From a virus (taxonomy: Duplodnaviria > Caudoviricetes), in IMG/VR virus record IMGVR_UViG_3300030685_000004, positions 1 to 52,479 of that record: DNA of 52,479 nt; one strand, given 5' to 3'. The notes below the pieces were generated by a model that saw nothing but the letters and a program-made list of their open reading frames with translations, did not search any database and was not told the DNA's origin. Each line of letters opens with the position of its first letter. The stretch's first letter is position 1. Shown here one piece after another: positions 17,351-26,900 of the stretch. A program made the translations under genes and the position numbers.

Positions 17351-17500
17351 TAATGACAAAGATAGGTAAGTATAAATTGAGAAAATATAGTGTACTAGAT
17401 ATAGGTTGGTTCTGGTTGCGTTGCACAATAGCAGCGGTAGCGGTTTGTGTAGTTATATATGGACTTGGTGATATGATAGAGATGGTTGCTCGTTTCTAAC

Positions 17501-17528
17501 TCGCGAAGATTACACAGTATATAATGAA
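17501..17528 (+). promoter_or_regulatory. Phage promoter repeat P14
   Basis: TCGCGA-agatt-ACAC-agta-TATAAT-GAA. Confidence 0.85.
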
Positions 17529-17554
17529 GATAAAACTTGAAAGGTGGAGTTAAA

Positions 17555-17809
17555 ATGATGAACAGAGAACAGGTTAAATTTGTAGGAGAATTAGTAATTT
17601 CAGTATGTGTTAATACAGTAATAGGTAATGTTATAAAGGGGACTACCCCTGAGGATATAGGTAAGCTCGAAGGAGCTGCTGTTAGACTTGGGAAGGCAGT
17701 ACTCAGTATAGCAATAGCTAATATAGTAGTTGACAATATTGAGAAGAGATTCGATGCAAGGATGGCAAAAATCGATGAACAGAATAAAAACGAAACAGTT
17801 AAAGCGTAA
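17555..17809 (+). CDS. Early cassette hydrophobic-hairpin protein
   Basis: Own promoter and terminator. Confidence 0.7.
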   Translation: MMNREQVKFVGELVISVCVNTVIGNVIKGTTPEDIGKLEGAAVRLGKAVLSIAIANIVVDNIEKRFDARMAKIDEQNKNETVKA

Positions 17810-17813
17810 TCAG

Positions 17814-17857
17814 AAAGGAGTAGGTACTATTAACATAGTACTTATTCTTTTCGTTTT
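17814..17857 (+). terminator. Intrinsic terminator
   Basis: AAAGGAGTAGGTACTAT-taac-ATAGTACTTATTCTTTT followed by a T-tract. Confidence 0.75.
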
Positions 17858-17874
17858 TGAAAGGGGCGATAAAA

Positions 17875-18123
17875 GTGAGTGGAGATACTGGCAAATCAAT
17901 AATGGCCTTTGTAGAAATACAAGAAAATGGTATAATAAGAAAAGACAATATTGTAATAGGTCACTTAACCGACTATGCAAAGGATAATTTCGAAAAAACA
18001 TATATAGAGATGGTTAATAAAAGTATAGACCTTGCTATGAAACAAATAAAAGATCAAACTAAGACTATATATATGGGAGCCACTTCTACAATTAATACTG
18101 GTTTTAAAAGGGGAGATAAATAA
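17875..18123 (+). CDS. Hypothetical protein (GTG start)
   Basis: RBS TTGAAAGGGG. Confidence 0.55.
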   Translation: MSGDTGKSIMAFVEIQENGIIRKDNIVIGHLTDYAKDNFEKTYIEMVNKSIDLAMKQIKDQTKTIYMGATSTINTGFKRGDK

Positions 18124-18266
18124 TGGTATTATTAACAGTTTTTATAGTTGGATGGATAGGTGGGTCTTTAATGGTGTGCTTAGGTCAAGGTAGACCTAGA
18201 AAATATAAAGATGGAATAATGTTCTTTGATGACGAACTTAATCTGGATGAAAGGGAGAGATAAATA

Positions 18267-18455
18267 GTGGACTATATAACCTGCACGATTCCAAATCAAG
18301 AATATACTGGGATATTTATAATTGATAGTCATTTGGTTAAACACAAGTTAATTGAAGCAGGCTTTTATTTAAATAGACCCATGACTCATATATATGACAC
18401 GGTGAATGATACAGTTGTATTCAAACAAGAAAAGGGAGAGATAAATAATGGATAA
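18267..18455 (+). CDS. Hypothetical protein
   Basis: RBS GAAAGGGAGAG; GTG start. Confidence 0.55.
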   Translation: MDYITCTIPNQEYTGIFIIDSHLVKHKLIEAGFYLNRPMTHIYDTVNDTVVFKQEKGEINNG

Positions 18456-19080
18456 AAGAGATTACGTAAATATTAATGATTTTCCAAGCAATTCAAAAGA
18501 GGCACAGAAAGATGAAACTATAGAAAGAAAGGTTGTTAGTAAAGTAACTACTGGTAAAGTTCTAAAAAGGAAAAAATCATTTGGTAAGAAGGTTGTAGAG
18601 ACTTTTGTTGGAGAAGAGATATTTGATGTTAAGACTTATATTCTTCAGGATGTATTAGTGCCAGCATTTAAGAACACGGTAGTAGAGATGTTCAGAGATA
18701 TTCCAGAGTTACTCTTATTTGGAGAAAGACGAAATTCTAGGTCATCATCGTCAAGAGGTATGGGTCGTATTGCTTATGACAGTATGTCTAGTAGAAGAGA
18801 TGTCAATACAAGAGAAATATCTAATAGAGACAGAGCTACTCATAACTTTGATGAGATAGTTCTTACCACTAGAAACGATGCGGTTGAGGTTCTTGGTAGC
18901 CTAATGGATTTGATACAGGATTATGGACAGGCAACAGTGGCAGACTTGTATGACTTTGTAGGAGTGACCGGAGAATACACAGATAGGAAATATGGTTGGT
19001 TAGATTTATCAAGAGCAGGCTTAAGACCAGTCAGAGGTGGATTCATGTTGGATTTACCTAGACCTATATTAGTAGATTAG
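18448..19080 (+). CDS. Conserved phage protein with ATVADLY...YGW domain
   Basis: C-terminal 'TR.DA.EVL..L...I..YG.ATVADLYD..G...D.KYGW..L...LDLPRP'. Confidence 0.75.
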   Translation: MDKRDYVNINDFPSNSKEAQKDETIERKVVSKVTTGKVLKRKKSFGKKVVETFVGEEIFDVKTYILQDVLVPAFKNTVVEMFRDIPELLLFGERRNSRSSSSRGMGRIAYDSMSSRRDVNTREISNRDRATHNFDEIVLTTRNDAVEVLGSLMDLIQDYGQATVADLYDFVGVTGEYTDRKYGWLDLSRAGLRPVRGGFMLDLPRPILVD

Positions 19081-19088
19081 GTGTTATT

Positions 19089-19268
19089 ATGACTATAGTT
19101 GAAATGCGTAGATATGTCGCTAACAAATATTATAGTGACACTTGGAAAAACAAAGTTAAAATGATGAATGACAACCAGGTACTAGCAATATATACCAAAA
19201 TGAAACTAGATGATGATAATGCATTCTATATTATAAAGGATCGAGACCGTTATTTGTATGGCCAATAA
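19089..19268 (+). CDS. 59-aa protein, paralog of 20662-20796
   Basis: 'MR..V...Y...W..KVK.M.D.QVLAIY'. Confidence 0.65.
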   Translation: MTIVEMRRYVANKYYSDTWKNKVKMMNDNQVLAIYTKMKLDDDNAFYIIKDRDRYLYGQ

Positions 19269-19285
19269 TGAAAGGGGATATTATA

Positions 19286-19978
19286 ATGGAAATAAAGTTT
19301 GAAACAAGAGAAGAAGCAGGAAGGGTATTAGCAAAACTTGATGCAAAAATACTTTTGGATGGAATTGCTACTTTAAAAGATTATCATGATTTTAGGTCAA
19401 TGTTATCTATTCTTGGAGATAGTCAGTGTGGTTGGAGAGGACTTCAAACTGCCATAATTCAAAGAGACTACATTGAAAATGCTTGGTTATTAATATTACC
19501 AGACCCAATACACTTAGGGGGAGATTATAAGATAAACCCACCAAATAGAACATTTAATAGTAAAGAATGTGCAGATTTGGTACTTCTAGCTATGACCGAG
19601 AATATAGAATATCAAGGAAAGACTAGTCTTGTTGATTACTACAAAATTCTTGGTTGTGAGGATTATCAGGAGTCAGATGATGAATGGGGTTGGACTGATC
19701 TAAGAGAGGCAAGAATAAGAGAAAATACAATTGCTGGCTTTACTTTATTGTTACCCCCAATAGTACGCTTACATGGTCCACAAAACGTAAAAGAAGAGGA
19801 ATATGAGTATCCTAAACTTGAAGGCCTAGCTGTAGAATTTAATAACACCGGATTAGAACCTATATTGTTTGTATGTAAACCCACTAATAAGGGTCTCGTA
19901 TATGTGTCCAGATGCAAAGGAGTAGAAGCAATTAAGATATACAACCTACTGCTTGGTAAGAAAGAAGGAGCGAAATAA
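19286..19978 (+). CDS. Protein with two ATVADLY/GW-family domains
   Basis: Two repeats of F.(T/S)(R/K)E.A..VL...GW..L..A.I...L.LP. Confidence 0.7.
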   Translation: MEIKFETREEAGRVLAKLDAKILLDGIATLKDYHDFRSMLSILGDSQCGWRGLQTAIIQRDYIENAWLLILPDPIHLGGDYKINPPNRTFNSKECADLVLLAMTENIEYQGKTSLVDYYKILGCEDYQESDDEWGWTDLREARIRENTIAGFTLLLPPIVRLHGPQNVKEEEYEYPKLEGLAVEFNNTGLEPILFVCKPTNKGLVYVSRCKGVEAIKIYNLLLGKKEGAK

Positions 19979-19979
19979 T

Positions 19980-20153
19980 ATGGTGACTGATTTATATATT
20001 GTAGGTTTTGACTTATCTGAACAAGATGACATGACTGCATCTATAGGAATACTAGGAACTGGAGTTATGAATGTTGAAATAAAGAAAACTATTCATGGAG
20101 AAAAAGCAATCGAACTATATGAAAAATTGAAAGGGGAGATAAATAATGAATAA
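19980..20153 (+). CDS. Small hypothetical protein
   Basis: RBS AAGGAG; 'G..AI.(I/L)Y..L' C-terminus like that of the upstream gene. Confidence 0.55.
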   Translation: MVTDLYIVGFDLSEQDDMTASIGILGTGVMNVEIKKTIHGEKAIELYEKLKGEINNE

Positions 20154-20541
20154 AATATTATTAGTTGTTGGCGGATTTGTTGGGGGTTATTGTGTTCATA
20201 GAAAGATAATGACAATTGCACTTACCGAGATGTTAGAGAAGGATTATCCTAAACCAAGATATACAAACTATCGTGATATAATAATAGGTACGAGAGAAGA
20301 TGCAAGAGAAGTATTAGGTTTACTTCAGAATTTCATAGATAATTATGGTGTAGTTACCGTTGCTGATTTATTAGATTCAGTAGGAGAAACAAGTTCTATT
20401 ATAGATGTTAAATATGGTTGGGTAACATCATTCGGTGCATATGTGGCAAAAGATAAAAATGGTTGGACACTTAAATTACCTAGACCAAGGTTGTTAGATA
20501 ATGACACAAGTTATGTTCCATACTCGAAAAGGAGTAAATAA
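20146..20541 (+). CDS. ATVADLY/GW-family protein with N-terminal TM
   Basis: 'TREDAREVL...NYGVVTVADLLD..G...KYGW...LKLPRP'. Confidence 0.75.
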   Translation: MNKILLVVGGFVGGYCVHRKIMTIALTEMLEKDYPKPRYTNYRDIIIGTREDAREVLGLLQNFIDNYGVVTVADLLDSVGETSSIIDVKYGWVTSFGAYVAKDKNGWTLKLPRPRLLDNDTSYVPYSKRSK

Positions 20542-20661
20542 TATGAATAGATATAAGCAGTTTGAAGAGAAATGCAAAGTGTGTCCTTGGAATACTATGT
20601 GTAGTGTGGAGTTGACTCAAGTGTTAGGATGTATGTCTGATAACGAAAAGGAGAATGACAA

Positions 20662-20796
20662 ATGTCAACCGATCAAATGAGAAATGCTGTAGCCACTGTA
20701 TATGCTGGTAGAAAATGGGCACTTAAAGTCAAGGTTATGAGTGATCATCAGGTACTTGCCATATATAAAAGATTTGTAAATTCCAAATTATTATAA
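20662..20796 (+). CDS. 44-aa protein, paralog of 19089-19268
   Basis: MSTDQMRNAVATVYAGRKWALKVKVMSDHQVLAIYKRF. Confidence 0.65.
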   Translation: MSTDQMRNAVATVYAGRKWALKVKVMSDHQVLAIYKRFVNSKLL

Positions 20797-20816
20797 AAAG
20801 AAAAGGGGAGAGGCCC

Positions 20817-21281
20817 ATGAAAATTTTAACATTTACAGATAGAGAATCTGCTGAAGCAATTTTAAAGAGTCTTGATGTCTGTATACAATGTAAAGGAGTT
20901 GCCACAGTTGCAGACTTATATTACTATATAAATACTCCAACTTATTGTATGATGTATCCGGAATCACCTGACGATACTAAAATGGGATGGACTACTATAG
21001 ATACAGCTAAGTTATCTAGAGATTTATACCACAATACTTATCGGTTAATGGTACCAGATCCTATAGCGTTAGATAAGCAATCTGGTCCAGTCGAACCAGT
21101 AGCATCAACAATTATTCTCAGTGAGGATTATATGATTGAATATGACCTTAAGGACGATGGTCAAGCCGCATTAACTGTAAAGGTTAAAAATGGACGTAAT
21201 GAAAGAGTTATAAATGTACTTTTCGACGATATTGCAAAACTAGTTTATAAAATATTAATAATTGAAAGGGGTAATAAATAA
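20817..21281 (+). CDS. ATVADLY/GW-family protein
   Basis: 'FTDRESAEAIL...GVATVADLY...MGW...L.VPDP'. Confidence 0.7.
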   Translation: MKILTFTDRESAEAILKSLDVCIQCKGVATVADLYYYINTPTYCMMYPESPDDTKMGWTTIDTAKLSRDLYHNTYRLMVPDPIALDKQSGPVEPVASTIILSEDYMIEYDLKDDGQAALTVKVKNGRNERVINVLFDDIAKLVYKILIIERGNK

Positions 21282-22186
21282 TGAATAAATTAACTACAAT
21301 CAAAAATGTAGTAACATCCAAAGCAGGAAGAGGTCTGTTACAGATTAGAAAGGTTAGTCCAGAAATACTGTTAGTTGCTGGAGTTGCTGGAGTAATAACC
21401 AGTACAGTGCTAGCATGCAGAGCCACACTTAAAGTAGAAGAGATTGTTGGGGATGCGTTAATAGATATTAACAAAATAGAACAGGTTGCTGCAGAAAACA
21501 ACGAAACAAAGTATTCAAAGAAGGATGCTGCAAAAGATTTGTTCATAGTAAGGGTTCAGACAGGAGCGAAGATTGCTAAGTTATATGGTCCATCAATAGC
21601 AGTAGGTGTTGTATCACTAGCATGCTTACTTGGTTCACACAATATTCTACAGAAGAGAAATGTTGCTCTTATGTCAGCATACAAAGCTCTTGAGACTGGT
21701 TTCAACGAATATAGGAAAAGAGTTGTTGATGAGTTAGGTGTTGATAAGGATACTGAGTATAGATATGGAATATCTAAAGTTAAAGTAACTACTATTGACG
21801 AGAATGGTGTTGAAACTTCAAAAATGGTTAACAACATTAACATGACTGATAGTATATATGCAAGAGAATTCTCAGAAAAGACAGCAAAAGAATGGTCACC
21901 AAATCCTGAATACAATCTTATGACTCTTAAATGTCGTCAGAACTATGCCAACGATTTACTGAATGCTAGAGGACATCTATTCTTAAATGAAGTATACGAC
22001 ATGCTTGGTATCAAAAGGTCTGATGCTGGTGCTGTTGTAGGATGGGTTAAGGATAATGTTGATGGAGATGGTTTTGTAGATTTCGGGATTTACAAAGATT
22101 TAAATTGTCAGGAATATGTTAATGAATATGGAACTAGCTGGTTGTTAGACTTCAATGTTGATGGTGTCATATTTGATTTGATTTAA
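21281..22186 (+). CDS. DUF6353-like protein
   Basis: 'SPEILLVAGVAGV..STVLACRATLK', 'GHLFLNEVYDMLG...VVGW', 'LLDFNVDG'. Confidence 0.75.
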   Translation: MNKLTTIKNVVTSKAGRGLLQIRKVSPEILLVAGVAGVITSTVLACRATLKVEEIVGDALIDINKIEQVAAENNETKYSKKDAAKDLFIVRVQTGAKIAKLYGPSIAVGVVSLACLLGSHNILQKRNVALMSAYKALETGFNEYRKRVVDELGVDKDTEYRYGISKVKVTTIDENGVETSKMVNNINMTDSIYAREFSEKTAKEWSPNPEYNLMTLKCRQNYANDLLNARGHLFLNEVYDMLGIKRSDAGAVVGWVKDNVDGDGFVDFGIYKDLNCQEYVNEYGTSWLLDFNVDGVIFDLI

Positions 22187-22313
22187 TGAAAGGGGTAGAA
22201 AAAAATGAAAAAATACGGATGTATGGCAATGTTGTTTGACCTATTTATGATATTTATAACTGGTGGTCTATGGCTCATATGGATTCTAGTTAGGTTCTTG
22301 AGGACTCACTAAA

Positions 22314-22556
22314 ATGAGCACGAAGTATATTCCAATGGAGTATGATAATCTTGGAGGGTATGTACGACAATTGTTCTATCTACTAGAAGACAATGTGTTT
22401 GTTAATGAATTTGGTATAGTTGTATTTAATATCTTTGATTACATTACTCCAAACGAGTTAATGTTGTTTAAAGCAACAAAAGAATATACACAGATACCAT
22501 CAAGAAACGGGTTTATGATAGAACTATTATGCCAAGAGTTAAATTTTGATTATTGA
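22314..22556 (+). CDS. Hypothetical protein
   Basis: RBS GAGGA; open frame. Confidence 0.55.
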   Translation: MSTKYIPMEYDNLGGYVRQLFYLLEDNVFVNEFGIVVFNIFDYITPNELMLFKATKEYTQIPSRNGFMIELLCQELNFDY

Positions 22557-22570
22557 AAGGGGAGAATGAT

Positions 22571-23233
22571 ATGTATAAAAATATAGGATTAGTATTATTA
22601 GGGGCCTTAATCGGGTCCCTTATTACTTACAAATATCTTACAGTGAACTATGAAGAAGTTGAAGATGACAAGAAATCAGCTGAAAAATTAGCAGCGGAAC
22701 TTGCAGAATATAGAAAACCGAAAGAGCATCTATCAATTGGAGGTTATAATATACCAACACCTGGCGAAGTTATAGAGTTAATTGATAAGGCATCTTTACA
22801 CCCAGGTATGGACTCTGAAGAAAGAACCAGGACCAGAGAAGATATAGAAGAAGAACGAATCGAATATGCCAAAGAGGTACTTGGATATACTGGTGATGAA
22901 GATGAGGAAATTGAATTCATACCTAATCCAAGGCAGACAGAAATACAGGATAAACCCTTTGTAATTACTGTAGACTTATTTGCCGAGGACTGTGTCAACT
23001 ATGATAAACTCACAGTCTATTATTATGAGGTTGATAATGTTTTAGTAGATGAGGGTGATGATGCACAGATGGATATTGAAACATCTATAGGTTATGAGGC
23101 TTTAGATGAATTCGGATATGGCAATCCTAACCCTGACTTAGTGTATGTACGTAATGATCATTTAGAGATTGATTATGAGGTTATACGACTTGGTGATTCT
23201 TATGAAGAGAGCGTGATGGAGTATGAAAAGTAG
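22571..23233 (+). CDS. Acidic protein with N-terminal membrane anchor
   Basis: N-terminal TM; C-terminal 'P.VI....F...L.YY..D.VL.D...VYVRN..L.IDYEV'. Confidence 0.75.
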   Translation: MYKNIGLVLLGALIGSLITYKYLTVNYEEVEDDKKSAEKLAAELAEYRKPKEHLSIGGYNIPTPGEVIELIDKASLHPGMDSEERTRTREDIEEERIEYAKEVLGYTGDEDEEIEFIPNPRQTEIQDKPFVITVDLFAEDCVNYDKLTVYYYEVDNVLVDEGDDAQMDIETSIGYEALDEFGYGNPNPDLVYVRNDHLEIDYEVIRLGDSYEESVMEYEK

Positions 23234-23756
23234 ACTAGCGGATAACTATTATGAATGGTTATGTAACCTTATAGATGTGGAACAGGAGGGGGCATCCTAT
23301 TGGAAATTAACCAATGATATGCAATCTAAACCATTCTATTGGACAGTACCCAATGATGATAATCGAGCATATGATGGTAAATTACTTAGGACAGATTTTT
23401 GCGATGCGATGGATATCGAATACAATTATGATGATTTTGACCAGGAGACGTCTATGCTCGAATTGATTATTGGAGTAGCATATCGATGTGAAAGTATTAC
23501 CATACAACATGGTCGAGGCTTCAAAATGATAGACTGGTTTTGGAGATTATTGGACAATTGCGGACTGGGAAAGTGTACGGACGATAACTACGATGAAGAG
23601 TACGTTTGTTGCACTTTGGAGGCAATTATTAAAAGAACCTATAAAAGAGATGGGTATGGAGGTCTTTTCCCCCTTAAAAAGGCTAACCAAGACCAGAGAA
23701 AAATAGAGATTTGGTATCAAATGCATGCATATTTGAATGAAAACTACTATAATTGA
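23223..23756 (+). CDS. Conserved phage protein
   Basis: 'YYEWL', 'ND.NRA.DG..LR', 'GGLFPL...DQR..EIWYQM..YL'. Confidence 0.75.
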   Translation: MKSRLADNYYEWLCNLIDVEQEGASYWKLTNDMQSKPFYWTVPNDDNRAYDGKLLRTDFCDAMDIEYNYDDFDQETSMLELIIGVAYRCESITIQHGRGFKMIDWFWRLLDNCGLGKCTDDNYDEEYVCCTLEAIIKRTYKRDGYGGLFPLKKANQDQRKIEIWYQMHAYLNENYYN

Positions 23757-23761
23757 GTAAA

Positions 23762-23941
23762 AAATGTTGCAGTTGTTGCAGTTGTTGCAGTTTCAAAATA
23801 AAAGTGCAACACCCTCTAGACCTTGATATGACTGGGTTAAGAGACTTTTGTTGCATTGTTGCACTTTTTTTCTATAACTATATAGGAGAAAATAAGTAGT
23901 ATATATAAGAGTTTTACAAAATAAAAGTGCAACAGCAACAT
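23762..23941. repeat. Putative replication origin: 8 TGTTGC(A) iterons in both orientations around AT-rich spacers
   Basis: TGTTGCA at 23765, 23774, 23783, 23849 and 23857; reverse copies at 23805, 23928 and 23935; non-coding gap upstream of the replicase. Confidence 0.7.
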
Positions 23942-23964
23942 TTTACAAAGAAAGGAGGACATTC

Positions 23965-26900
23965 TTGGATTTTTACAAAATAAAATCAAGACCAGTTAAG
24001 CAGGGAGTCATCGAACTATCTCCTGATTTCAAAGTATGTAAATGCAAAGATTTGATGATTCGTGGTAAATCATTTTATGCAATATGGGACGAAGAAAAAG
24101 GATTATGGTCTACTGATGAATATGAAGTACAAAGATTAGTAGATGAAGAATTGATTAAAGCTAGAGATGATGAAACCAAAAATAGTGATTCAATTGTAAA
24201 AGTAAAATTGATGATGGAGTTTTCAAATAAGTCATGGGTAGAGTATAGAAACTTTATGAAAAACATATCTGACAATTCCCATCAGTTGGACACAGAATTA
24301 ACATTCCAGAATACCGAGATAAAAAAGAAAGACTATGTAAGTAAGAAGCTACCATATCCATTAGAGGAAGGAAGGTGTGATGCTTTTGATGAACTCATCG
24401 GAACCTTATATGACCCAGAAGAAAGAGCAAAACTCGAATGGGCAATTGGAGCAGTTATCGCAGGAGACGCAAAGAATATACAAAAATTTATTGTGCTCTA
24501 TGGAGAGGCGGGAGCAGGTAAATCCACAATCCTCAACATTATCCAAAAATTATTTGAAGGCTACTATACAACCTTTGAAGCAAAGGCCCTAACTACAAAT
24601 AATAATTCTTTTGCCATGGAAGTATTTAGAACAAATCCACTAGTGGCAATACAACATGATGGTGACCTCTCAAAGATTGAAGATAATACAAAACTCAATT
24701 CAATCATATCTCACGAAGAGATGACTATGAATGAGAAGTATAAGCCATCATATACATCTAGAGTTAATTGTTTTCTGTTTATGGCTACTAATAAACCAGT
24801 AAAGATAACAGATGCAAAATCAGGTATCATAAGAAGACTTATAGATGTTAAACCATCTGGTAAAAGACTTCCATCCAAGAAGTATATGGCTCTTATGTCT
24901 AAGATAGACTTTGAACTTGGAGCAATAGCACAACATTGTTTTAATGTATATAAGAATATGGGTAAGCACTATTATAATTCTTATAAACCATTAGAGATGA
25001 TGTTTCAAACTGATATGTTCTTTAATTTTGTAGAAGATAATTTCTATGAATTTAAAAAAGATGATGGTATAACCTTAAGTAGAGCATTTACCTTATACAA
25101 GGAATATTGTGAGGATTCATTGATAGATTACAAACTATCAAAGACAAAGTTTAGAGAGGAACTTAGAAATTATTTTAAATATTTCTCAGGTGGAACTGCC
25201 ATTCGTGTAAATGGGGTTATAACTAGAAATTATTATTCTGGGTTCTTAGATACCAAGTTCAATTCTGAATCAAAAAAAGAAGAGGAAATACCAAACACCC
25301 TAGTGTTAGACTCAACCGAATCCATATTTGATAAAGAGTGTTCCGAGTGCCTAGCTCAGTATGCTAATGAATATGATACTCCAAACAAAAAATGGGCAGA
25401 TGTAAAAACTAAATTAAAAGATATAGATACATCACAGGTACATTATGTTAGATTACCAGAGAATCATATTGTAGTAGACTTTGATTTAAAGGATGACAAA
25501 GGGGAGAAGTCACTAGAATTAAATACAGAAGCAGCAAGTAAATGGCCACCTACATATGCCGAGTATAGTAAGAGTCAAGCAGGAGTGCATCTTCATTATA
25601 TTTATGAAGGCGATCCAAACCAACTTAGTAGACTATATTCAGAAGGCATAGAAATCAAAGTGTTTAATGGTAATAGTTCTTTGCGAAGAAAGTTGTCTAA
25701 GTGCAACCATATTCCCATTGCTACCATAAACTCTGGATTACCACTGAAAGGAGAAAAAATGATCAACTTTGAAAGTGTAAAAAGTGAGAAAGGATTAAGA
25801 GAATTAATCAAACGAAACATGGAAAAAGAAATTCATGCTGGAACAAAACCTAGTATGGACTTCATATACAAGATATTAGAAGATGCCTATAATTCAGGTT
25901 TGGGTTATGACATTACTGATATGCGACCTAGACTATTAGCATTCGCTAGTAACAGCAGTCACCAAGCAGATTACTGTATAAAACTACTTGGTCAGATGAA
26001 ACTCAAATCTGAGGACATAAGTTCACCTTTGAATGATTATGATCCCAAAGAAGAATTAATGTTTTTCGATGTTGAAGTATTCCCTAATCTATTTGTAGTT
26101 GTTTGGAAGACCAAAGGGAAACAGGCAGTAAAGATGATCAACCCAACACCATTAGAGATAGAATCACTTCTGAAATATAGGTTAGTGGGATTCAATTGTC
26201 GTAGGTATGATAACCATATTATGTATGCTCGTTATATTGGGTACACTAATGCAGAGTTATACACCTTAAGTCAGAGGATTATATCCAATAGTCCTAATTG
26301 TATGTTTGGAGAGGCTTACAATCTATCCTATACTGATGTATATGACTTTGCATCAGCTGGTAATAAGAAGAGTCTTAAGAAATTTGAAATAGAATTAGGT
26401 ATACATCATCAAGAACTTGGACTTCCATGGGATGAGCCAGTGCCAGAAGAGCTGTGGACTAAGGTAGCAGAATATTGTGTTAATGATGTAGAGGCTACTG
26501 AAGCAGTATTTGATCATCTTGTAGGTGACTGGACAGCAAGACAGATATTAGCAGAGTTGAGTGGATTGACAGTTAATGATACAACAAATGCTCACTCTAC
26601 AAGAATCATATTTGGTACCAATAGAAAGCCACAAGATGTATTTGTGTATACTGATCTTAGTGAACAGTTTCCAGGTTATAAATTTGATTTTGGAAAGAGT
26701 ACTTATAGAGGCGAAGAGGTTAGTGAAGGTGGACATGTATATTCAGAACCAGGAATGTATACTAAGGTAGCCCTACTAGATGTGGCATCAATGCATCCAT
26801 CAAGTATTGAGTTACTAGATATGTTTGGCCCATATACTAAAAAATTCTCCGAAATCAAGAAAGCAAGACTGGCAATTAAACATGACAACTATGAAGCTGC

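Noticed and set aside
8304-22570. Shared N-terminal 'MKG(D/E/V/A)' peptide on many ORF-track proteins
   Set aside because: Artefact of the ORF caller starting at the TTG/ATG in the TTGAAAGGGG RBS or at the ATG in TATAATG; true starts are downstream.
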